From NCBI RefSeq assembly GCF_000195955.2, contig NC_000962.3, positions 1,560,001 through 1,592,000 on the forward strand: DNA of 32,000 bases, read 5' to 3'. Positions 9,588 to 17,612 of the stretch are shown piece after piece. The notes beneath the pieces are model-generated. The model saw nothing but the letters and a program-made list of their open reading frames with translations. It was not told where the DNA came from and ran no database searches. Position numbers and translations under genes: made by a program. This DNA is from Mycobacterium tuberculosis H37Rv (GTDB taxonomy: Bacteria; Actinomycetota; Actinomycetes; Mycobacteriales; Mycobacteriaceae). Within the stretch, counting starts at the first letter, position 1, and each line of letters starts with the position of its first letter.

Positions 9588-10969
9588 CGCCTCCTCCCGA
9601 TGACGTGTACTCCGTGCTTGGGTCGCAGGGTCAGCGTCGCCTCGAGTTCGACGTGATAGCCAGGGGCGAGGTCAAAGGTGAAGTGTTGACTCATGATTGC
9701 CGCCATCAAAACCATCTCCATCAGGGCGAAGCTCTGTCCGATGCAGATGCGTCGGCCGCCACCGAACGGCAGGTATGCGCAGCGAGGACGGTCCGTGGGG
9801 CACCGCAAAAACCGGCCAGGATCGAATCTATCCGGGTCGGGCCACCAGCGCGGGTCGTGGTGAATGTGGTGAATCGGGATGACGACGGTGGTGCCGCGGC
9901 GAATTCGGTGTCCGTCGATGATGTCATCATCGACGGCCTCGCGCGCGATTATCCACACCGACGAGAAGTAGCGTTGCGATTCCTGCAGGCACGCGGTGGT
10001 CCAGGCCAGCTTGCCCAGGTCGTCGGCGGTCGGGCGGCGCATGCCCAGCACGTCGTCCAGCTCGGTGAGCATGTGGTCGCGGGCCTGCGGGTTCAGCGCC
10101 ATCAGATACCAGAACCAGGACATGGCGTTGGCGGTGGTTTCGTGGCCGGCGAGCATGAACGTCAGAGCTTCATCGCGTACTCGCTGGCGGGGCCAGATTC
10201 CGCCGTCGGCGCTCAGCAACACGTTGAGCAGGTCCGCGGAGTTAGTCGGCTCGGCCAGTCGCCGATCGATCACCGAGTTGATGGCGCGATCCAGGGTCAG
10301 CGTGATCTCTTGCATTTCCCGCAACGGCGGCGGCAGATGAACACCCGAGTAGATACACCAGATCAGCGTGTCGTAAACCGTCCGCGGCATCAGCCCCCAC
10401 AGCCCCAGCCGCTCCAGCTTTTCCGCCCGCCGCAGGCCGCGAGTCGCAAGATCGTGCATGGACTGCACCAACGGCCCGAAGTCCTGGCTGAACAGGGCGT
10501 TGGCGACTACCCGCAATGTCGTCTCGACCATGCTTTGGTGCATGTCGAACTGCGCGCCGGGCACCCGCGCGGCGGTGACGTCGGCGATTGGGTCGATCAT
10601 CAGACCGACGAGTCCGCGCAGGTGGCGCCGGGCGAAGGTCGAGTTTAACGCGCCGCGATGTCTTGCCCATGAGTCGCCCTCGTCGGTGAGCAAGTTAAGA
10701 CCGGCGGTGGCCCGGATCGGTCCGTATTCGTCGGATTTGACATATTTCAGGCGGGCCTCGTGCAGCACATGGTCGACGTAGTCGGGGTGACTGATCGAGA
10801 CAAAACGTCTGCCAGCACAACGAAATCGGGTGATGTCGCTGCCGCGTAGCCGGCCCAGGAAGCCGTCGCCGGCGTCGAATCCGATGGTGATGGCTTCCCG
10901 GGTCATCGTCCAGGTGCTCATCCGCTTGGCCGGTCCCTTCAGGGGCCGCTGGGTGGTGGCGGTGGCCAT
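9584..10969 (-). CDS. cyp132: Cytochrome P450 (461 aa), Cyp132
   Basis: I-helix FMLAGHETTANAMSWFWYLMA, ExxR ACLQESQRYF, and the heme loop LPFGGGRRICIGQSFALMEMVL. Overlaps the monooxygenase gene by 4 bp. Confidence 0.93.
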   Translation of the reverse strand: MATATTQRPLKGPAKRMSTWTMTREAITIGFDAGDGFLGRLRGSDITRFRCAGRRFVSISHPDYVDHVLHEARLKYVKSDEYGPIRATAGLNLLTDEGDSWARHRGALNSTFARRHLRGLVGLMIDPIADVTAARVPGAQFDMHQSMVETTLRVVANALFSQDFGPLVQSMHDLATRGLRRAEKLERLGLWGLMPRTVYDTLIWCIYSGVHLPPPLREMQEITLTLDRAINSVIDRRLAEPTNSADLLNVLLSADGGIWPRQRVRDEALTFMLAGHETTANAMSWFWYLMALNPQARDHMLTELDDVLGMRRPTADDLGKLAWTTACLQESQRYFSSVWIIAREAVDDDIIDGHRIRRGTTVVIPIHHIHHDPRWWPDPDRFDPGRFLRCPTDRPRCAYLPFGGGRRICIGQSFALMEMVLMAAIMSQHFTFDLAPGYHVELEATLTLRPKHGVHVIGRRR

Positions 10970-11013
10970 GACTTCACTGTATGGATGACGCTGACTGGCC
11001 CGAAATGAGACTA

Positions 11014-11054
11014 TGGGACAAAGTGTTGTGAGTTTAGGACAGCCTCGTGGGACA
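11014..11054 (+). promoter_or_regulatory. Three T(G/A)GGACA repeats at the cyp132/AraC-regulator divergent region
   Basis: TGGGACA at 11014-11020, TAGGACA at 11035-11041, TGGGACA at 11048-11054. The first two are spaced exactly 21 bp apart. The third overlaps the regulator GTG start. Confidence 0.35.
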
Positions 11055-12081
11055 TCTACCGCCTCCGGCCGAGGTGAGGCATCCGGTGTATGCGACCCGG
11101 GTGCTGTGTGAGGTGGCCAACGAGCGCGGGGTGCCGACCGCTGATGTGCTGGCGGGCACGGCGATCGAGCCGGCCGACCTCGACGATCCGGACGCGGTGG
11201 TCGGTGCGCTTGACGAGATCACCGCGGTGCGCCGGTTGCTGGCCCGATTGCCCGACGACGCCGGTATCGGGATCGACGTAGGCAGCCGGTTCGCGCTCAC
11301 CCACTTCGGGTTGTTCGGGTTTGCCGTGATGTCATGTGGCACCCTTCGCGAACTGCTTACCATCGCGATGCGCTATTTCGCGTTGACCACCATGCACGTC
11401 GACATCACGTTGTTTGAAACCGCCGACGATTGCCTGGTCGAACTGGATGCCAGCCACTTGCCGGCCGATGTCCGTGGATTCTTCATCGAGCGCGATATTG
11501 CCGGAATCATCGCGACGACAACGAGTTTCGCGCTTCCGTTAGCCGCGAAGTATGCGGATCAAGTATCGGCCGAACTGGCGGTTGACGCGGAATTGTTGCG
11601 CCCGTTGCTCGAGCTTGTGCCGGTGCACGACGTCGCATTCGGGCGCGCGCACAACCGGGTGCACTTCCCGCGTGCCATGTTCGACGAGCCGTTGCCGCAG
11701 GCCGACCGCCATACGTTGGAAATGTGTATTGCACAATGCGACGTGCTGATGCAACGCAACGAGCGACGCCGTGGCATCACGGCCTTGGTGCGCAGCAAGC
11801 TGTTTCGCGATTCCGGGCTTTTCCCAACGTTTACCGACGTTGCTGGCGAACTTGACATGCATCCGCGGACGCTGCGGCGTCGACTTGCCGAGGAAGGCAC
11901 TTCGTTTCGGGCCTTGCTGGGCGAGGCGCGCTCCACCGTGGCCGTCGACCTGCTACGCAACGTCGGGCTGACGGTGCAGCAGGTGTCCACCCGGCTGGGC
12001 TACACCGAAGTCTCGACGTTCTCGCATGCGTTCAAACGCTGGTATGGCGTTGCGCCCAGCGAATATTCGCGCCGCGGGTAG
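11047..12081 (+). CDS. AraC-family transcriptional regulator (344 aa, Rv1395-like)
   Basis: C-terminal AraC HTH: [70 protein letters not shown]. The N-terminal region fits the arabinose-binding (ligand-binding) domain of OruR/VirS-type regulators. Divergent from cyp132. Confidence 0.93.
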
Positions 12082-12126
12082 ACCAGCCCTTTTCAGGGTT
12101 TCGCGGCCCGCGTCGGTTTGGTCGGG

Positions 12127-13857
12127 TTAGGCGGGGCCGGGCTGGCCGGGCGGACCGGGTTGGCCGGGCTGGCCGAACAGGGTTCCCCCGGTCCCGCCGA
12201 CGCCGCCGCCCCCGCCGTTGCCGGGGGTGCCATCGTTGCCGGCCCCACCGTTTCCGCCGGCGCCGCCGCCCCCGCCGTTGCCGATTAGGACGGCGGCCCC
12301 ACCGTTTCCGCCGGTCCCGCCGTTGCCGCCGGTACCGTCCTCGCCGGCGGTGCCGCCCTTTCCGCCGGTCCCGCCGGTCCCGGCGTCGCCGATCAGGCCG
12401 GCGGCACCGCCTCGCCCGCCGGTCCCGCCGGCGCCGCCCTTGCCGAACACGCCGAAGCCGTCGCCGCCCTTGCCGCCGGTGCCGCCGGTGCCGCCGGTGC
12501 CGTAGAGTTGTCCGCCGTTGCCACCGGCCCCGCCGGCACCACCAATTCCGCCATTGCCGTCGGGCCCCTGGGCGCTGTGCCCGCCGGCCCCGCCGGTGCC
12601 GCCGTGGCCAATCAGACCGGCGGACCCGCCGGCTCCGCCAGCACCGCCAAGACCGTTCGGACTGGTGACGGTCCCGCCTGCCCCCCCGGTGCCGCCGTTG
12701 CCAATGAGTTGCCCACCAGCGCCGCCGGCTCCACCGGCGCCGCCGCCCTGGCCACGGATATCACCGCCGTTGCCGCCGGCACCGCCGTCGCCGATCAGCC
12801 AGGCATTGCCACCGGCCCCGCCGGCGCCGCTAATTGCGCCTTGCCCGCCGTTGCCGCCGGCACCGCCGTTGCCGATGAGCCCGCCGGTACCGCCGGCACC
12901 GCCCGCGCCCCCGAAGTTATTCTCCCCGACTTTGCCTCCAACCCCAGTTTGCCCGCCGCGCCCGCCGGCCCCGCCGCTGCCCGACAGGCCGCGGCCGTCG
13001 CCGCCGGTGCCGCCGGCCCCGCCGTTGCCTCCTGAGCTGACGCCGGTTCCGCCCTGCCCGCCGTGTCCGCCGGCGCCGCCGTCGCCGTGCAGCCAGCCAC
13101 CACCGCCACCGGCGCCGCCGATACCCCCCGTGCCGCCGTCGCCGGACTTGCCGCCACCGACCCCCCCTTGCCCGCCGGTGCCGCCGGACCCTCCGCTGCC
13201 CCACAATCCGGCGGCGCCGCCGGCACCGCCGGCACCGCCGACACCACCGGGGTCGCCGGCCACCCCGACCCCGCCATTGCCGCCGGCCCCGCCGTTGCCC
13301 CACAGCCATCCGCCGGCCCCGCCGGCACCACCGGACGCGCCGGTGCCACCCAGGCCGCCGGCCCCGCCGTGGCCGATCAGCCCGGCCGCCCCGCCCGCAC
13401 CGCCGGCCTGACCGGTGGCGCCGGACCCGCCGTTGCCGCCGTTGCCGTACAGGATCCCGCCGGCCCCGCCGGCCTGCCCGGTCCCCGGCGCCCCGTCGGC
13501 GCCGTGGCCGATCAGCGGGCGCCCCAGCAGCGCCATGGTCGGCGCGTTGATCGCACCCAGCAGCTGCTGCTCGACGTTGGCGGCCTCGGCGCTGGCATAC
13601 GCGCCTGCCGTGCTCGTGAGGGTCTGCACGATCTGCTGGTGAAACGCCGCCGCCTGAGTTCTCAGCGCCTGATAGGTCTGCGCGTGGCCGCTAAACAGCG
13701 CCGCCACGGCGGCGGACACCTCATCGGCACCGGCGGCCAGCACACGCGTCGTGGCGGCCGCGGCCGCAGCATTGGCCGTGCTGATCGCCGAGCCGATGCT
13801 TGCCAGATCCGTCGCCGCCGCGCCCAGCATTTCCGGCTGTGCAAACAAAAACGACAT
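12127..13857 (-). CDS. PE_PGRS25: PE-PGRS family protein PE_PGRS25 (576 aa)
   Basis: N-terminal PE domain [37 protein letters not shown]. The remainder is made of GGAGG/GGNGG repeats, for example [18 protein letters not shown]. Confidence 0.94.
   Translation of the reverse strand: MSFLFAQPEMLGAAATDLASIGSAISTANAAAAAATTRVLAAGADEVSAAVAALFSGHAQTYQALRTQAAAFHQQIVQTLTSTAGAYASAEAANVEQQLLGAINAPTMALLGRPLIGHGADGAPGTGQAGGAGGILYGNGGNGGSGATGQAGGAGGAAGLIGHGGAGGLGGTGASGGAGGAGGWLWGNGGAGGNGGVGVAGDPGGVGGAGGAGGAAGLWGSGGSGGTGGQGGVGGGKSGDGGTGGIGGAGGGGGWLHGDGGAGGHGGQGGTGVSSGGNGGAGGTGGDGRGLSGSGGAGGRGGQTGVGGKVGENNFGGAGGAGGTGGLIGNGGAGGNGGQGAISGAGGAGGNAWLIGDGGAGGNGGDIRGQGGGAGGAGGAGGQLIGNGGTGGAGGTVTSPNGLGGAGGAGGSAGLIGHGGTGGAGGHSAQGPDGNGGIGGAGGAGGNGGQLYGTGGTGGTGGKGGDGFGVFGKGGAGGTGGRGGAAGLIGDAGTGGTGGKGGTAGEDGTGGNGGTGGNGGAAVLIGNGGGGGAGGNGGAGNDGTPGNGGGGGVGGTGGTLFGQPGQPGPPGQPGPA
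12160..13460. repeat. PGRS low-complexity, GC-rich short-repeat region encoding Gly-Gly-X
   Basis: Reiterated gccgccggtgccgcc/gttgccgccggc-type units on the + strand, equivalent to GGX codons on the - strand. Confidence 0.9.
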
Positions 13858-13972
13858 GACCGTCCCCCTGAATCCTGTGGGTATGAGCAGACTTGTCGTG
13901 ATCGTGCAGCATAAGCGCAGGTGATATAGGCCATCATTGGTAATGTTATAGAAACGTTATAGGTGATCTTGA

Positions 13973-13995
13973 CCTTGTCAAATTGTTCGACAAGG
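13973..13995. promoter_or_regulatory. Short inverted repeat upstream of PE_PGRS25, with adjacent GTTATAG direct repeats at 13945-13951 and 13956-13962
   Basis: CCTTGTC-N9-GACAAGG (13973-13979 and 13989-13995). The GTTATAG pair is spaced 11 bp apart. The region is locally AT-rich. Confidence 0.35.
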
Positions 13996-14111
13996 AGTGC
14001 GGTCTTATTGCAACTTTGTTTATTAATGTCGCGCGGCCCGCGGCCTGGGACCTCCGTCGGACAGCGGCGACACGATGCAACTATGGGGGCCGCAGCGAGG
14101 TGTCGTCGGTG

Positions 14112-14513
14112 TCATGCCCGCGGTCGGTGCCCCGGCACCGCAAATGGTGGTTTCAGCTGCTCGAACATGGGGAAATGCCACACGTTGAGGGTTGCCAATT
14201 GCAGGTCCTGGACGTCGGCGGTAGCAGCTATCAGATAGTCGCCAAGTCCAATCCGGTTGTGGCTGCGACGATATCGGCGCATCATGTCGCCGGCGCGGCG
14301 TGCGATTACCTCGGTTGCTGGCTGTACCCGAAACGATGCAAGCAGGCGCCACACCTCGCGCCGTTCGGCGGTCCGCATTCCGCCGATGAGTTCGGCGGTG
14401 GACACCACGCTGATCGCCAGCGGTCCGTCCTTGCGGGCGCTGACAAGCCAATCGCGAGCAGCAACGACACCCCGCAAATGCGCGATCAGCACATCGGAGT
14501 CGACAAGGATCAT
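14112..14513 (-). CDS. vapC10: PIN-domain toxin VapC10 (133 aa)
   Basis: MILVDSDVLIAHLRG...ISVVSTAELIGGMR...NRIGLGDYLIAATADVQDLQLATLNVWHF carries the conserved PIN acidic residues (DSD, E, GxxD, and a degenerate TLN.WHF end). The start overlaps the vapB10 stop (ATGA). Confidence 0.92.
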   Translation of the reverse strand: MILVDSDVLIAHLRGVVAARDWLVSARKDGPLAISVVSTAELIGGMRTAERREVWRLLASFRVQPATEVIARRAGDMMRRYRRSHNRIGLGDYLIAATADVQDLQLATLNVWHFPMFEQLKPPFAVPGHRPRA

Positions 14514-14767
14514 GAGGTGGCGCGCCACACCTGGGCAAGGTGCTGTTCACGACCACCGGAGCGACGCACCGGCGGATCCAGGTGGCGAAGCGTGCCGAAC
14601 GAATCGTTTATAGCCTGCAGGTCCGATGCAAGGTCGTCCCCAGCGGTGGTGAGGGCTCGGTTCAGCAGGAGGCGGATCAGCTCGGCGCGCGAAACACCTT
14701 CTTGCGCGGCCAACTTGTCGAGGCTTGCCGTCTGCTCCTCGTCGAGGTAGATGTTGGTCCGCTTCAT
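14510..14767 (-). CDS. vapB10: Antitoxin VapB10, ribbon-helix-helix type (85 aa)
   Basis: MKRTNIYLDEEQTASLDKLAAQEGVSRAELIRLLLNRALT is a typical RHH antitoxin N terminus, located immediately upstream of the PIN toxin. Confidence 0.92.
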   Translation of the reverse strand: MKRTNIYLDEEQTASLDKLAAQEGVSRAELIRLLLNRALTTAGDDLASDLQAINDSFGTLRHLDPPVRRSGGREQHLAQVWRATS

Positions 14768-14785
14768 ACACCATATCATACATCA
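14764..14785 (-). promoter_or_regulatory. Candidate VapB10 autoregulatory direct repeat
   Basis: On the - strand, TGATGTATGA-TA-TGGTGTATGA: two 10-mers differing at one position, 12 bp apart, overlapping the vapB10 start. Confidence 0.4.
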
Positions 14786-14849
14786 CAATGTGCGGCCCGG
14801 GCGGCACCGCGGCGGGCGGCGATTCAGCCGACCGGGCATGCCGCCGACG

Positions 14850-15809
14850 TTATGCGTGCAACGCCCTCTTCAGCGCCGCCAAGCCGCGGCCGGTGGCTTC
14901 GGCCGCGGCGGGCACCACCAGGGCGAAGTTGACGTAGCCGTGCACCATGGTGGGCTCGTTGCTTAGCTCTACGGAAACCCCTGCGGCCGTGAGCAATTCG
15001 GCGTAGCAAGCACCGTCGTCGCGCAGCGGATCATGCTCGGCGGTGCCGATGAAGGCGGGAGGCAGGCCGGACAGGTCAGCGTTTCCCGGGGCCAGTGTCG
15101 TGGGCAGCATCGTGTGATCACTGATGTCCAGCCCCGGCACATACCAGGCCAGGAACGCGTCGATGACGTCACGGTCCAGGATTGGCGCATCGGCATTTTC
15201 GGTGAAAGACGGCAGCGACAGGTCGGCCATGGTCGTCGGGTACCACAGCAGCTGGAACACCAGCGGCGGTCCGCCGACATCCCGGGCCAACTGCGCCATG
15301 ACCGCCGAGATGTTGCCGCCCGCAGAGTCACCGGCCACGGCGATCCGGCTCGGGTCACCGCCCAGTTCGGCGGCGTTTTCGCCGACCCAGCGCAATGCCG
15401 CCCAGCTGTCGTCGATCCCGGCCGGGTAGGGATGTTCCGGGGCAAGCCGGTAGTCGACGGACACCACGATGGCCTGCGCGCCGACGGCGTGGGCGCGGGC
15501 GACGGGGTCGTGGGTGTCCAGACCGCCGAGCGACCAGCCGCCACCGTGGTAGTAGACAACCACGGGCAGGTTGTCGCGAACGACCGGCGGCCAGTAGACG
15601 CGGACCGGAATGTCGGTGAGCCCGTCGTAGCCAACGGTCCGTTCCTCGATCCGTAGCTCCGGCAGCAACTCCGGGGGTGTCTTCAGCTGGCGGAGCCGCG
15701 CGCGGGCGACTTCGACACCGTCGGCCGCGGTGAAGGTCACCGGAAAGGTATCGAGCAGCATCTTCAGCACGGGATCGATATCAGGCCGGGCGACGGTCGG
15801 CTCTGTCAT
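14850..15809 (-). CDS. nlhH: HSL-family carboxylesterase/lipase (319 aa), NlhH (LipH)
   Basis: Oxyanion hole YYHGGGWSLGG, nucleophile elbow [16 protein letters not shown] and VHGYVNF catalytic regions of the hormone-sensitive-lipase family. Confidence 0.92.
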   Translation of the reverse strand: MTEPTVARPDIDPVLKMLLDTFPVTFTAADGVEVARARLRQLKTPPELLPELRIEERTVGYDGLTDIPVRVYWPPVVRDNLPVVVYYHGGGWSLGGLDTHDPVARAHAVGAQAIVVSVDYRLAPEHPYPAGIDDSWAALRWVGENAAELGGDPSRIAVAGDSAGGNISAVMAQLARDVGGPPLVFQLLWYPTTMADLSLPSFTENADAPILDRDVIDAFLAWYVPGLDISDHTMLPTTLAPGNADLSGLPPAFIGTAEHDPLRDDGACYAELLTAAGVSVELSNEPTMVHGYVNFALVVPAAAEATGRGLAALKRALHA

Positions 15810-15833
15810 GGGCCTACCGTACGACCGCCAGGC

Positions 15834-16796
15834 CTATCCGTGTAGCACAACCCGTAGCGCCACCAGCCCACGGTTGGTGGCCTCGGTGGCGGCGGGCACC
15901 ACACCGGCATAGCCAACGTAGCCGTGCACCAGCGTCTGGGCGTTGTGCACCTCGACGGGAACACCGGCGGCGGCCAGCAGCTCGCCGTACCGAATCCCGT
16001 CGTCGCGCAAAGGGTCGTAGCCGGCGACAGCGATGTAGGCCGGCGGCAGGTCGGCCAGGTTCTCCGCTCGGCCGGGCGCCATTGGCGCTGGCGGGTTGTG
16101 CAAGTCGATTTCGCCTGCGTACCAACGGGAGAACGCGGCAATTGCCTTGACGTCGAGGATCGGTGCGTCGGCATTCTCGGCCAACGACGGCAGCGATTGG
16201 TCCCACAGAGTGGAGGGATACCACAACAGCTGAAACACAATGGGCGGGCCGCCCATATCGCGGGCTCGCTGCGCGATCACCGCGGCGATGGTGCCGCCGG
16301 CGGAATCTCCGGCGACGGCGATGCGGCCGAGGTCAGCACCGACCTGGCGGCCATGCTCGGCGACCCACCGCGTTGCGGCCCAAGCATCTTCGATGGCAGC
16401 GGGGTAGGGGTGCTCAGGCGCCAGCCGGTAGTCGACGGACACGACAATCGCGTCAGCGCCGACGGCGTGCTGGCGGCAGGTGCCATCGTGCGTGTCGAGG
16501 TCGCCCATGACGAATCCGCCGCCATGGAAATACAGCACAACGGGCGCCTCGGCTTGATCGGGACACGTTGGCGGCCAATAGATCCGGGTCCCGATCGGCC
16601 CCGCCGGTCCATCGATCGCAAGGTCAACGACCCGCAGCTCGGGGTGCACCGGCTGGCGCGGTAGATCGCGCAACCGCTGGCGCACGGCCTCGATCCCATC
16701 GTCGATCGATAGCCGAAACGGAACCGCATCCAGTACCTTCAGCAGGATGGGGTCGATCGCGGGTTTCTCGTCGGCGGTGTTGTCCAAACTGGGCAT
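15834..16796 (-). CDS. lipI: HSL-family carboxylesterase/lipase (320 aa), LipI
   Basis: [42 protein letters not shown] and VHGYVGYAG. Clear paralog of the neighbouring nlhH gene. Confidence 0.91.
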
Positions 16797-16929
16797 ACCG
16801 GTACCGTACGCACCTCGCTTGCTGGCCGGCGGCTGGGTGGTCGCCGGCTGGGCGGGCCTCGCCTACGGCGTGTACTTGACCGTGATCGCATTGCGCTTGC
16901 CACCGGGCAGCGAGTTGACCGGGCACGCG

Positions 16930-17532
16930 ATGTTGCAGCCCGCGTTCAAGGCATCGATGGCGGTGCTGCTGGCCGCGGCCGCGGTTGCCCATCCCATCGG
17001 CCGCGAGCGGCGGTGGTTGGTACCGGCGCTGCTGTTGTCGGCCACCGGCGACTGGTTGTTGGCGATCCCCTGGTGGACGTGGGCGTTCGTGTTCGGCTTG
17101 GGGGCATTCCTGTTGGCGCACTTGTGCTTCATTGGTGCCCTGCTGCCACTGGCGCGGCAGGCGGCTCCATCGCGTGGCCGGGTCGCTGCCGTGGTGGCGA
17201 TGTGCGTTGCGTCCGCGGGGCTGCTGGTGTGGTTCTGGCCGCACCTGGGGAAGGACAACCTGACCATCCCGGTCACGGTATACATCGTCGCGCTGTCGGC
17301 GATGGTGTGCACCGCGTTGCTGGCACGGCTGCCGACGATTTGGACCGCGGTCGGGGCGGTGTGTTTCGCCGCGTCGGACTCGATGATCGGCATTGGCCGG
17401 TTCATCCTCGGCAACGAGGCGTTGGCGGTGCCGATCTGGTGGTCCTACGCCGCAGCCGAGATCTTGATTACGGCCGGGTTCTTCTTCGGCCGCGAGGTTC
17501 CTGATAACGCCGCAGCACCTACGGATAGCTAG
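16930..17532 (+). CDS. YhhN/TMEM86-family (lysoplasmalogenase-like) membrane protein (200 aa from ATG 16930; the frame is open further upstream)
   Basis: Polytopic hydrophobic protein. [47 protein letters not shown] is the YhhN signature region (GD.LL....F..GL.AFL.AHL.Y). See the finding on its start. Confidence 0.8.
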
Positions 17533-17612
17533 CGGACCGGTTGTCTAGCAGCGGATCTCGCGGTCAAGCCCGCACGCCCGTCGAAGTAGAGCCGATCGCG
17601 CGGGTGCTGCCG

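Noticed and set aside
9527-10648. 373-aa plus-strand ORF antisense to cyp132
   Set aside because: The cyp132 frame carries all P450 motifs. This ORF has no recognisable domain and an Arg/His/Gly-rich shadow composition.
12518-13411. 297-aa plus-strand ORF rich in Pro/Ala ([12 protein letters not shown]...) and other long ORFs antisense to PE_PGRS25, including 13063-13914
   Set aside because: They are the mirror of the GGX-repeat codons of PE_PGRS25 in GC-rich DNA. The composition is explained entirely by the opposite-strand gene, and there is no independent domain or start signal.
12127-13460. Regularly reiterated GC-rich units considered as a possible CRISPR array or VNTR
   Set aside because: No constant repeat with unique spacers of uniform length. 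The periodicity follows Gly-Gly-X codons within a PE_PGRS coding frame.
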